64,000 bases of DNA, from contig OZ024745.1 in NCBI GenBank assembly GCA_964016885.1, positions 56,358,001 to 56,422,000 of the forward strand, written 5' to 3'. Every line of letters begins with the position of its first letter. The stretch's first letter is position 1. Source of the stretch: Eledone cirrhosa. Taxonomy: Eukaryota. Made by a program: the position numbers and the translations under genes. Below, piece after piece: positions 1-12,171 of the stretch. The notes under the pieces are model-generated. The model worked only from the letters and a program-made list of their open reading frames with translations. It ran no database searches and had not been told where the DNA came from.

Positions 1-390
1 CACACAGCACACATAACACTATACACACACGCAAACGCATGCGCAAAGAAGATAAAATAAAATAAACAAACAAGCAAATAAATAAATAAATATATAGACA
101 GACTGAATAAAAAATGGCGTAGACATACAACACAACAGGAGGAAAAAAAATATAACACCACAGATGTGCAACGAAAGATTTATGTAAATTATGTAAACTA
201 TATATATGTGTTTGTGTCTATATTGTATCTGTATTATTTTTGACCGCCGGTCAGTCAATGGCAACATTGAGGACCGAGTAAGTTAGATCGCAGATATAAA
301 AGACAGCGAGAAGCGAAAACCAACCAAACAGTGAGTGTGTTCTGTTATTAATTCTGGCAATATTACGCAAATATGACCCTCCCCAAGTAT

Positions 391-397
<7 letters not shown>
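1..397 (+). mobile_element. PLE 3' UTR/pLTR fragment (family ending GACCCTCCCCAAGTATAACAATA fused to (TA)n); hammerhead core deleted
   Basis: Colinear with about 61900-62256 (AAACGCATGCGCA, ATGGCGTAG, CAGATGTGCAACGAAA, same terminus). It lacks the CTGACGA core present at 62017. Confidence 0.75.
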
Positions 398-446
<49 letters not shown>

Positions 447-567
447 CCTAGATTATCTGTGTCCTTCATTTAAGTAAGTAAGATCTGGTTCGAGATAAAT
501 AAAGTTTAGTGACAACGTAGATGTTCCTCGTACAATCATCTTTCGTTAATATTATGTTTTTTGTAAT

Positions 568-790
568 AATTATTTCTACTTTCGGCGTAAGGCAAGGTAT
601 TGAAGGTAAAGGGAAAGTCGATTAAAACGACCCCAATGCCTTACTGGTACTTTATTTTATCGACCACATGTGCATGAAAGGGTAAGCTAACCGCACTTGG
701 ATTTGAACTCAGAACAGAAAAATGCCGGAACTATATGCTATATAGTATGTTATCTGACGCTTTACCGATATCTTCAACCCATCGCCCTTA
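568..790 (-). mobile_element. tRNA-derived SINE, degenerate copy
   Basis: CTGGTACTTTATTTTATCGACC and GGATTTGAACTCAG (reverse B box) shared with the other copies. Confidence 0.7.
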
Positions 791-807
791 TATTGGTTGT
801 AATAATA

Positions 808-1022
808 ATGATTTCTAGTATAGGCAAAAGACCAGTAATTTGGTGGGAGGGGAAAGTCGATTTAATCGACCCCAGTACGTTACTGGTGCTCTATTTTGTC
901 GACTCCGTAAGGAGGAAAGGCAAAGTTAACCTCGGCAGGATTTGAACTCAGACCGTAAAGGACCGAAACTCTATACTGGAAAGCATGGTGTCCGACTCTA
1001 CCGATACTGCCAATCCACCACC
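808..1022 (-). mobile_element. tRNA-derived SINE
   Basis: GAAAGGCAAAGTTAACCTCGGCAGGATTTGAACTCAG ... CCGATACTGCCAATCCACC; A and B boxes on the minus strand. Confidence 0.85.
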
Positions 1023-1029
1023 AATAATA

Positions 1030-1246
1030 ATAATTGTTTCTGATTTAGGCATAAGGCCAGTATTATTTAGCGGAGGGGAAAATCGATTAAATCGACTCCA
1101 GTGCATTATTGGTGCTTTATCCACATCGTAATGATGAAAGGCAAAACTAACATCGGCGGGATTTGAACTCAGAATGTTAAGGGTCGGAATTCAATGCGAC
1201 AAAACATGTTGTCCGACGCTCAACCGATTCCTTCAACCCACCGCCC
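1030..1246 (-). mobile_element. tRNA-derived SINE
   Basis: Third tandem copy with the same motifs. Confidence 0.8.
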
Positions 1247-1593
1247 TTATGTTGGTTGTAATAATAATAATAACAATAATGATAATGTTTGAGGTGTAGG
1301 CGTAGAAGACACACTATGATCTTCGTCTTGTTGAATGACGGAAAAATATAATTATAAATGTAACGCTGTGGTCTTATTGCTACCATTTTGTTGTGGTCTT
1401 CACAATGATATAAATAATTGTTTCTACTTTTGGCACAAGGCCAGCAATCATCGAGTGATATAAATAATAACGTGTTATTCTATGGGGTTTTCTTTTCAGG
1501 GTACACGTCTCTTCGTCAAACGACGCAGTGTAAAAAGTTAATCCAGATCTAAATGCTGAAAATACCATAAAGTTGACTTTTCAGGTGCATTAT

Positions 1594-1740
1594 TCTCAGA
1601 CTCAGACTCAGAAGCTCCCGCATCTTGCGACGCACGAGGCAATCATAGTGTTCCATCGCGTTCAGTCAGCAGCCAGTTGCACAGCGTCCCGCCATTGTCT
1701 GTTTGTCACTCGCAGGTCCCTCTCAACTGTCTGGCGCCAG
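1594..1740 (-). mobile_element. RTE-clade LINE 3' end fragment with (CTGAGT)n tail
   Basis: Minus strand translates as WRQTVERDLRVTNRQWRDAVQLAAD*TRWNTMIA, a typical RTE C-terminus (A.DR..W), followed by a short tandem tail. Confidence 0.65.
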
Positions 1741-1743
1741 TTC

Positions 1744-1972
1744 ATTACTGGTACTTTATTTTATCGACCCCATAAGGATGAAAGGCAAAGTTAACCTCGG
1801 CGAGATTTGAACTCAGAATGGCAAGGGCCATAGAGTTACGGCCCTTGCCATTCTGAGTTCAAATCCCGCCGAGGTTAACTTTGCCTTTCATCCTTATGGG
1901 GTCGATAAAATAAAGTACCAGTAATACACTGGGTAATTGCTGGCCTTGTGCCAAAAAGTAGAAACAATTATT
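1744..1972 (+). mobile_element. 5'-truncated SINE with inverted duplication (fold-back)
   Basis: 1744-1829 is the reverse complement of 1840-1925 with a 10-nt spacer. Confidence 0.9.
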
Positions 1973-2439
1973 AATGATCAATATATATGAGAGTTAGTGA
2001 TGCTGTTAAATGTTAATCTGAATGTTACATGTCTCATATCTCAACACTCATAGTTCTATTTGGCTCACGACAATGCGATTAATCACAAATTGATAGATAA
2101 ACAAAACGAGCGCAGACGTTGATAATTATGGATATTTCAGAAAGAAATAAAAGTTTAATTGTTCTATATATGTCTATTGGCGAAGCATTTAAAAGCACAC
2201 AACGTATTGTGATTGTAATCTTAGACGGTGTAGCTCGTAATTACAGTCAATGAATGTATGTTTTCTGAAATAATTATGTAACATTTTAACTTGTTGGGCT
2301 ACGTTATATAGAGTAAATTTCATGACTAAATGAGGGCGACTCTGTTGATATTCCCATGAAAGTACGGTAAATTTTACATTCAATTAGATTACTGTTGAAA
2401 ACCAGAATGTACCATCTCCACCAAACGTGGCGGGTACTT

Positions 2440-4013
2440 CCTTTTGCACCAGCTTTCTTTCTTCTTTCAATACTGTCTCAACAATGGTGCTACTCCGGAG
2501 CAGTGGAAAATTGCCAGTGTCATTCCCCTGTTCAAAAAGGGCGACCGCACGTCACCTATCAACTATCGTCCAGTCATTCTTACTAGCTGTATTCCCAAAC
2601 TGATGGAATCCCGTGTCAGAGAAACACTTTGGAACTTCTGGACCTTTCACAGTCTCATCCGGCCCTAGCAGTTTGGATTTATCCTTAACTCCAGCTGCTG
2701 TGATCAGCTTATCGAGTTCCTTGAAGACATTACCCGTATCACTGACAGCAGTTCATGGGTGGATGTTCTTTACCTTGACTTCGCTAAGGCTTTTAATTCT
2801 GTGCCAGACAAAAGACTTATGGCAAAACTCTCTGCAATGGGTGTGAGGGATGATCTTTTTAACTGGTTGAAATCGTTCATTCTCAGCCGAAAAGAGGTAG
2901 TCACGGTTCTAGGACAGCATTCTTCACCGTATGAGATGTCATCTGGTGTACCACAGGGATCTGTTCTTGGTCGCCTTTTGTTTGTGGCATATATTAATGA
3001 CATAGATGCCAACTTAAAGAATGCCACGGTACTGAAATATGCAGATGACATCAAGCTGTACCTTGAAATCAAAAGGACTGATCCTGAAATCTACAACTCA
3101 TTCCTACAATCAGACCTGGACACAATGCAGCAATGGATCACAGACTAGCAACTGAAGCTGGCTGTGGACAAGTGTACCACTATGCATTTTAGTAGGAAAA
3201 ATACAGCGTCCACATTCTCCCTCCACAACACTGATATCAAGAAGTCCTCTTGTGAACGTGACCTGGGCATTACTGTCAGCAGCGATTTGCGTTGGACAAC
3301 ACATGTCTCTAAGATTGTCAAGAAGGCCGAGGGTGTCTTGGCAACACTCAGCAAGACCTTTGTTAGCTGCTCTCCAGCCATCTATTTAAAGCTGTATACA
3401 GCTATGGTACGACCACACTTGGAATTCGCACCATCAGTATGGAACCCCCATCTTGCTCAGAACATTGACCTCCTGGAAACTGTTCAGAGACGTGTAACCA
3501 AGCGCATACCCTACATCAGACACCTACCATACTCTGAACGCCTTGCTTCCCTGGGCATGGATTCATTGAAGCTCCGACGTCTGGCAATGGACTTGGTAAA
3601 CACCCACAAAGTTATTAACCATCTCGCCAAAAACAACCCCGAGCACCTTTTTGATCTCCATGTGTCTAACACACGTGGACATGCCTACAAAATCAGAAAA
3701 CAGCACAGCTCCCATGACTTTCGGAAACATTTTTTCACGCCCAGAGTTGCTGAAGCATGGAACAAACTACTTGCATCAGTTGTTAGCTGCCGAGACACTG
3801 CATCCTTTAAAACCCTCATGCTTCCCGAAATTCGCCAAAACTACACCTGATGTACTCCTTCCATACACATGCACACGTGTATATCATGACTCATGCACTG
3901 TTCATTTTCCTGACGTTTGTACATTACCCTATGTACTATACATACACTTTTTGATGAGTTGTAGTGCACCTGAGCACTATACACAATATTTCATTATTAT
4001 TATTATTATTATT
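2440..4013 (+). mobile_element. 5'-truncated CR1-type LINE, RT pseudogene with (ATT)n tail
   Basis: ORFs 2444-2668, 2759-3148 and 3164-3850 are in one frame split by two TAG stops. Motifs: PLFKKGD...NYRP, YLDFAKAF, SGVPQGSVLG, YADD, ERDLG, RPHLE...VWNP, TRGH..K. Confidence 0.92.
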
Positions 4014-4289
4014 ACATGAGGCTACGTAGTATGTAATATCCTGCTCGGAAATGCTATGGAATGGTTCGGGTAGATCTATCAGATACTATATGCACATAGC
4101 CATGTCACACATATAAACATATATTTCCTATTAGTTTGCTATTATACGTAATTTAATTGAAATCTAATATTAAATGCCTTCTACCGATACACAGAAGGTA
4201 TGGAATAGAAGTAATAGATTTAAGATACAGTTGGGAAAATGCTGCTGATAATTATAATAATAATCAATAACAATAAAAAATGATTTATA

Positions 4290-4495
4290 CAATAGGCTCA
4301 AGGCCAGAAATTTGGGGAGAGGGGAAAGTCGATTAAATCGACCCCAGTGCATTCTGATCCTCTATGTTACCCCCCCCCCTCCCGAAGGATGAAAGGCAAA
4401 GTTAAACTCAGTGGGATTTGAACTCAGACCGTAAACGGCAATAAGTTTATACTGTAAAGCATCGTGTCCGACGCTCTACTGATACTGCCAATCCG
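4290..4495 (-). mobile_element. tRNA-derived SINE
   Basis: AAGGATGAAAGGCAAAGTTAA...GGATTTGAACTCAG...GATACTGCCAATCC. Confidence 0.8.
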
Positions 4496-4650
4496 TCCAT
4501 AGGATAAAGCAGTAACAGTACTCTTGGAGAAGTAGAAAGAGGAGTTATTCAATTATTATTTTTAGTTATCAACAATTATTATAGTATCAGACATCAATTT
4601 ACAAATTTATATATATGTATACATCTAAAAATGGCGGAGTACAATACATG

Positions 4651-4741
4651 TCATATAACCTGGATACGCATCTGTAGACCAATGCATATCATATAACCTG
4701 GATACATATCATATAACCTGGATACGCATCTGTAGACCAAA
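4651..4741. repeat. Local tandem duplication of ATATAACCTGGATACGCATCTGTAGACCAA
   Basis: Two full copies and one partial copy. Confidence 0.85.
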
Positions 4742-4881
4742 AGCAGGATTCTGGAATCGTAATTTCGCCAGGAAATTTACGCCTTAAATAAAAAAAATTA
4801 TAACCTTTTGACAAGCCTGTGAAATTCAGGAAATTCATACTAACGAAAGATAAAGGGGAATAATTCAAACATAAAGGGAGG

Positions 4882-4951
<70 letters not shown>

Positions 4952-5512
4952 ATATATATATAAACGAAAAAAGTGAAAATGGCTCGAAAGTAAGACATTG
5001 GATTAATTAAACAAAAGTTTTCGGGTATATAGGAGTTTTGAACGTTCTATTGCTGCCAGCGTTACTATGAGGGGATTAATACAATTGGTTCAACTAATTA
5101 CATCAACGGACGATGACACTGATAGTGTGTTAATACACGAAATCAGTAGATCGCGAAAATTCGAAGAAACATCGCATAGACTCAGGAAGAAAATATTATA
5201 GCTCACATGCGTGAGTTCAAATCTAAATGAGATAAGTTAGTCTTTTAAATAACACATATTATGTATATTAAGTATATATATATAATAAAGTGATTGAATA
5301 CACTGGATCGAAAGGATTACAATATTTCTCGCTAAAGATATTATTTGTTTTGACTGTACCTATCAACACACAAAAGGACAAAAATAACATGCACTAATAC
5401 ACACACACACATGAATCAACCCCCCACCATCATACACACACACACACATATATATGTGTGTGGTGTGGGTCTGTGTGTGCATTTTTGCATGTTATTTCTC
5501 CTTTGTTATTTT

Positions 5513-5692
5513 TGGCAGTATCGGTAGAGGGTCGGACGCCATGCTTTCCAGCATAGTTACGTCCCTTTACGATCTGAGTTCAAATCCCGCCGAGGTTGAC
5601 TTTGCTTTTCATCCTTACGGGGTCGATAAAATAAAGTACCAGTAATGCACTGGGTAATTGCTGGCCTTGTGCCTAAAGTAGAAACAGTTATT
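5513..5692 (+). mobile_element. tRNA-derived SINE
   Basis: A box-like TGGCAGTATCGG, B box GAGTTCAAATCC, central GCTTTTCATCCTTACGGGGTCGATAAAATAAAGTACC. Confidence 0.9.
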
Positions 5693-5949
5693 TTAGGCAT
5701 CTAAAATGGTAAAATCGACCTGTAATATCCTGTATTTCTCTCGAATCCAAAGCGAACACCCTTTCTCTCATTGAATATAGGGCATGGACTTCTACAGGAT
5801 GTCTCATTCTACCCTGTGTAGTATGTACACATCTTTAAGCTCACATACGCGGGTTATTAGATTTAATGCCATTTGTCTGCGGTCCTGGGACCCATAAGAC
5901 CATAAATCAGAGAAGAATTCGGTATATGGTATGATGCAGAATGGGTTAT

Positions 5950-6040
5950 ATTAGTAAAAGTAAAGGATCTACCGCGAGGTTGGTGGAAGAGGTAACTAGC
6001 TCAAAGCACCGACCTCGTTGTAGCTCCTCTACTTTTACTA

Positions 6041-6042
<2 letters not shown>
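5950..6042. repeat. Imperfect inverted repeat (about 36-bp arms) abutting (TA)n
   Basis: ATTAGTAAAAGTAAAGGATCTACCGCGAGGTTGGTG versus CACCGACCTCGTTGTAGCTCCTCTACTTTTACTAAT. Confidence 0.8.
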
Positions 6043-6103
<61 letters not shown>

Positions 6104-6240
6104 AGCAAAAGGGATATTTAATTTGTTAGTAATTCAACAAATATATATATTTATAACTGATTCGAAGCACTCGACAGTTTTTGGAGTATAATATCTATGA
6201 TATTAATAAATGGAAACTATATTTATAAAACCATATTTAT

Positions 6241-6299
6241 TCTATTATATATATTTCACGGGTACCAACACTTTGGTACGCTCTCATCAGATAAAATAC
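6241..6299 (-). ncRNA. Hammerhead ribozyme motif (mirror copy, base of stem II imperfect)
   Basis: Minus strand CTGATGA-GAGCGTACCAAAGTGTTGGTACCCGT-GAAA-TATA-TA. Confidence 0.55.
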
Positions 6300-6418
6300 A
6301 AACTTTGTTTTATAAATATTGACATATCCAGGAAGAACATCTTAACGGTTCAAGTTTTTCCTGGATAGGAACCGTTAAGATCTCCTTCTCGGATATGTCA
6401 ATATTTATAAAACAAACT

Positions 6419-6480
6419 TTCTATTTCATCTGATGAGAGCGTACCAAAGTTTTGGTACCCTTGAAATATATATAATAGAA
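6419..6480 (+). ncRNA. Minimal type I hammerhead ribozyme motif
   Basis: CTGATGA at 6430, stem II GAG-C-GTACCAA/TTGGTAC-C-CTT, GAAA at 6463, palindromic TATA, then TA. Stem I is AU-rich and its register is uncertain. Confidence 0.65.
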
Positions 6481-6569
6481 TAAATATGGTTTTATAAATA
6501 TAGTTTCCATTTATTAATATCATTGATATATGAGAGAGAAAGAGAGAGAGTGAGAGAGAATATGTGTGT

Positions 6570-6639
<70 letters not shown>

Positions 6640-8308
6640 GTTTAAAAGAGACACTAACATTAAATATACATATTCTATATATCGTTTCTTGGCTGTGTAT
6701 GTAATCATTATGAAAACGTCACTTGCTTGTGCAAACCTTGGTATATTTATAATATTAAACTCCAGGTAATCTAGCGGAACCATTAAAAAATCCAACAAAA
6801 CTCACAAATGTACTCTCTCTATTTTTAACCTTAATTGCTTGTCGACATTTGAAATAATTTAAAACTAAACCCCCCAAGGTGATATAAAATTTATAGCATT
6901 GTCACATATTAAATTAAAAGAAACGAAACCGCCCGAAATATCGAGATTCGACGAGAAATCAAGAAAACTCGATTTCCTTTATCTCTAAAATCGACGTAAC
7001 TGAAGCATCAATGATAGAAATGTATACTTCGTAGATATAAAATGGATATCTTATGAAAATATATCAAACGTATCACTGAAATAATCACAAATCAAATTGC
7101 AGAGCGTTAATATAATTATAACCAACTCAAATAGAATGCTACCAGGAAGATGTTTCAAAGCACATAGGTTATATATGTACATATTTTATATAAACCAGTC
7201 AGGGAAATGGATCCATTGTCTATTTGGTATTGTATAGAATGATATATAGATATATTTACATTTCTTAGCAACTGACAATCCAGAGAATGACCACTACGAT
7301 TTATATGACACGCTAGTTATGCCAATAAATCCAGAAACTTACCTTGATCAACCGATAAATAGAGGAAGCACAAAGCGTCTGATAATATATAAGGTATTGA
7401 ACTCGTTCGACTTTCCGAATCTAATTATAAACTATTAATTCTGAATGACGCGATGAAATAGAAATAATGAAAATTGCAAAGTAAAAATATAATTATATAA
7501 ATGTAGCTTAAAAGAAATGACACATTGAAAGTAAATCAGAATTCACAAATTAAAACATATTTACCCACAATTTCCGTGGATATGTGTTTATGTTTTTGCC
7601 GGAAATGTGCAAACGAAATTTCATATTTACTCACAGAATTCATCAGCGTTTTCATTAGTAAGTCTCTTATAGTGTGCTTGTAAATATTTTTCACTAACAA
7701 AACATATTCATACACACATACATACATGACTGCATACATATACATACTGTATATCTCTATACATACATACGACGTCATACAAGTGATGTGACAATTTCCT
7801 TTCTTTATACCCTAGCTACCTGGTAGGTGGCCGGTTAAAATTTAACTCTAAATTATGAGAAAGAGTATCTAAACTATATTAAAGTAAGAAGCGCGGGACT
7901 GCGTACGATTTATAATTTTTTTATCCCATTAGTAAAATAAGTTGGATTACTTTGAATAAATAATGAATGAATATTACATAAGTTATCTACTAAATTTCGT
8001 GGCTGTTCATTAAATATATTTTATTATTTATTTAAAGATTCACTTCTTTAAAATGTTCAAATGTCAACACTTCCGGTGGCGATCGCTTAAATAAACATAT
8101 TAATTTTCTATCACTAATTTTCTCCTAATGCAGTTTATATATAATATTGTCTTTTTTAATGTATCATGGATTACGTTACTGATTACATAAAAGAGTGTAA
8201 CACAGACTCCAATTTCTGTGTATATTGTCAATTACGATTTTATTTGACGTATCATATCTACATGTATATAATCTTGCGTATAATATCAATATACACACTA
8301 CACATGCT

Positions 8309-8341
8309 AGCAGAAAACCACCCGAAGGGTGGTTTTCTGCT
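8309..8341. repeat. Perfect 15-bp hairpin AGCAGAAAACCACCC-GAA-GGGTGGTTTTCTGCT
   Basis: Directly visible inverted repeat. Confidence 0.9.
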
Positions 8342-9505
8342 CGTACTTATAAACATACATACGTACGTACAAATACATTCAAATATATATATACATACCT
8401 AAGTACATAAATACGTAAATACATACATAACTACACAAAAACATGCTTTCTTTTATTCATATTTTGAAAATAATCCTCTTTTCATAACTCGCAACTATTG
8501 GAGGCCTCACCTGTTTATATACATAAACGAAAACTAACAAACAAACTAACAAGTTTTGGGTTTGTTTAACAGCTTTGTACAAACAAACACATATTATCTC
8601 CCCTTTCATAACTTCAACAAGCAAGTGTATATTGAATATATATTTTCAAAGATGTCTTACCAAAGGGTGCTTTCTCATCTATCGAAGCTTTCCTGGTTTT
8701 CTTTACTTTTTACTCTTTCTTCAGACATCGCTTTTTCTCACTCTCCCATTCTTTAATCAGCAAAAGACTAACCATCGAAACGTTAAAGCACTTTTCCAAC
8801 ACTGTGAAGCGGTAAACTAATATACCATCAATTATATTTTTATCCTGTTTTGTTTTCCTTGTTCAATATATATATATGTTTGTGTGTTTGTGTGTGTGCG
8901 CGCGTGTGTGTGTGTGTGTGTATGTATATGTGTGTCTGTGCGCGTGTATGTTGATTTTGTGTATGCATACATGTAGATGCTTTTGTGTTTCAGTGCATAT
9001 GTACGCCTATATGTATGAATTAAACAAATATAGCTTTTCAACAGTCGTCTATAGGAGGCGATGGAAAATATTTATGTATTTATATTAGTGCTGACACAAA
9101 TATACAACTCGTTGAAATCAGATTGAAAAGTGAGAAAGCTGCAGATATTTACTTTCGAACCTTTCATGTGTTTTGTATGTTGATATCCACACCCAAAGTG
9201 ACACTGTTTTGTGCCTGGTTTCTCTGTAAAGTCACTTCAATAAAACTGACGCCCAATTCAATCTCAACTGGTTTGTGTGTATTTTTGTTTCATAAGCAAC
9301 CTAAAAACGTCTTGGAGAAAATACTCTATTATAGGGTTTTAAGCTGTTTCGAATATCTTACTTATCCCTGTGACTTGATATTCAAACTTGGATTCTTAGA
9401 AAGTGCATACATGTCGTCTAATCCAATGGGTGTACACACACACACACACACACACACATACACACACACACACGCATGCTCAAATCCCACTAACAAACTA
9501 ATTCA

Positions 9506-9557
<52 letters not shown>

Positions 9558-9717
9558 TCTATAATTATGTCGACCAGTTACTACAACGGTGCCATACCTG
9601 GAGTGTACGTTACGTTGGATGGGAGGGCCAACCTGTGTCGATAGAAATGTACCGGAAAATGTTTACTTACGTACAAACCACTAAGCCATATGCCTTTATA
9701 TATATAAATACATATAT

Positions 9718-9748
<31 letters not shown>

Positions 9749-9749
9749 A

Positions 9750-9887
<138 letters not shown>

Positions 9888-10029
9888 TGTAAAATCCAGA
9901 CCGGGGCGCCAACCGATTTCGGCGTGTGTCACAAAGGCTTCTGCTTTTACATATCTCTATACCCACTCAATATCTCCACATGTACTGAGTACTCACATAA
10001 TGGGTTGTCTTCTCAGTCTCAGCACCGCA

Positions 10030-10064
<35 letters not shown>

Positions 10065-10123
10065 TCTATCTCTCTCTCCCTTTTTCTCTCTCTGTATATA
10101 TATATTTATGTATATATATATAA

Positions 10124-10228
<105 letters not shown>

Positions 10229-11399
10229 GGCTCAGACTTACACAGAAACACGCATAAAAATACCAATTTGTTAATGTCTAAAACTTTATTTTCTTCTATT
10301 TACTACATTGCCATTACACTACAAAGACAAATAAATAAATAAATAAAAGCCTGCAATTAGCGACGTAATTAACAATCCAAGTTAGTTTCTCTCTTAATGA
10401 AGCAACGAAACAAATACAGCAAATAAGATAAATTGGGCTAATGGTGACAGCGTGAATTGAACGGCGACAGAAACACACCTACGTCTACTCACATAATGTG
10501 TCGTCTGTCTGTATATGTCTATGAATATGAATACACACACACACACACACACACATACATACACACACACAAATACGGGTATATATATATATATATATTT
10601 GAATTATATTTATATATATACATAAATATATGTGTGTATCTTTGCATATATCTATATCTATATCTATATATCTATCTATCTCTATATATATATATATGTG
10701 CGCATGTGTGTTTACGTACGTTTGTGCATGTGAGTATATTCATGTGTAAATGTGTATGGGTATACGTGAGCATGTTTGTATATCTAAGTTTCTGTGTGTT
10801 TATTTGAACGAGACCACCAAAGCAGCAATACTTGCAAGCTGATCTCGTTAATAAAAGAAATGTATTGCACTGCCAAATCTTGTTTTATGTTTCTGCCGCA
10901 TTGCTGTATTTTTGGCCAGCACTCTGATCTAGATTATAAACATGTCCATCTTCCTCTACATAGGACCAATGCATATATGTGAGTCCCAACTTCAAAGAAG
11001 CGCATTAAACTGAAAGTATCGCTTTTTCCTCACTTTGTACTGCAAATATTGAATTTGGATGCACTGACTATGAGAGAAGTACAGCTAATGTATCAATAGA
11101 AATGGCAAGATAATTGTATTATTTAGGAGAGTTATGTGAACTTGTGTGGGACGTCAACATATTTGTAGGTGTGTATATATAAGAGTGTTTGTATGTAAGT
11201 GTGTGTGTGTGTGTTAATATTATTGATGTTATCGACTGGTTATTGATTATTGATAATACAGAACAATAATCAATGAATTTCGATTGTGAATATCCCATCT
11301 TATTTTTTATATATTGATTTCGAAAGCCGTAATAATGTGCACTTTGAAAAAACAATATTGTAGAATTTGTTATAAGTGTGATGCAACTGTTCTGCTTAG

Positions 11400-12050
11400 A
11401 AGGAAGAGCCAGTGTGCAGTGGCTTTATTTTTGGATTCGGCAAGTGATTCTTTCATGTATTTTAGTAGGTGTATCGTTTTTCTAACTAGTTCTAATTACC
11501 ATTTCTCTTCAGATAAATGATGAGACTTCAAACTATCTCAAAACATAACATGGCAGGCTATAATCATTGAATTAAAGTGAGAGCATATATATATTGATCG
11601 TTTCCTGAAAGTTGCACGACCTTTTGTTGTGAAAGTCTGAAAAGAGCTGGAAGACGCTGACGAGAATTCTACAGCAATACATTCCGTACAACGCTTGCGA
11701 ATGAACCTTACGAACGAACCGAATGAACAGAATGTATGTACGCTGGAGAAAAAGTATTGATAAAACCCTAGAAATTCAATTAATGCCATTGCTAAGGGGG
11801 TTCAAGTTTCAGGCCACAGAATCTGAAGAATTGTGCACGAGGACCCTCGAAACATATATGCAGAGAGACCAATTCTGCAACGAAAATAAGATAACCATCA
11901 ATTCGGTGCAAGACTGGATTGCTTTGGTTTTTCTCTGATAAGAAAAACGGTGATTAGGACCAACAATGTAACCGAAGGAATCACAAATGGTTATGCAGTG
12001 ATCTTAAAAACGTTCCAACAGTCATGTACACGTGAGAGATATCATGCGCC
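11400..12050 (+). pseudogene. Possible highly decayed Mutator (MULE)-type transposase
   Basis: 11941-11990 translates as RKTVIRTNNVTEGITNG, resembling the MULE RTNN..EG.HN motif. The rest is not readable. Confidence 0.35.
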
Positions 12051-12171
12051 CTCAGTTGTTTTCATGGGGCTTACGTGTCAATGCGGTTGACTATAGGCAT
12101 TATATATATATATATGAATGAGCGTCTAACTCTGCCTTTTATTTGTATATATATATATGTATATATATATA

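Larger units (their letters stand above)
6104..6529. mobile_element. Fold-back insert (palindrome 6191-6529) with a hammerhead motif in each arm; probable PLE pLTR derivative
   Basis: Arms of about 160 bp are reverse complements. Homologous to 62592-63031 and begins at the edge of (TA)n. Confidence 0.8.
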
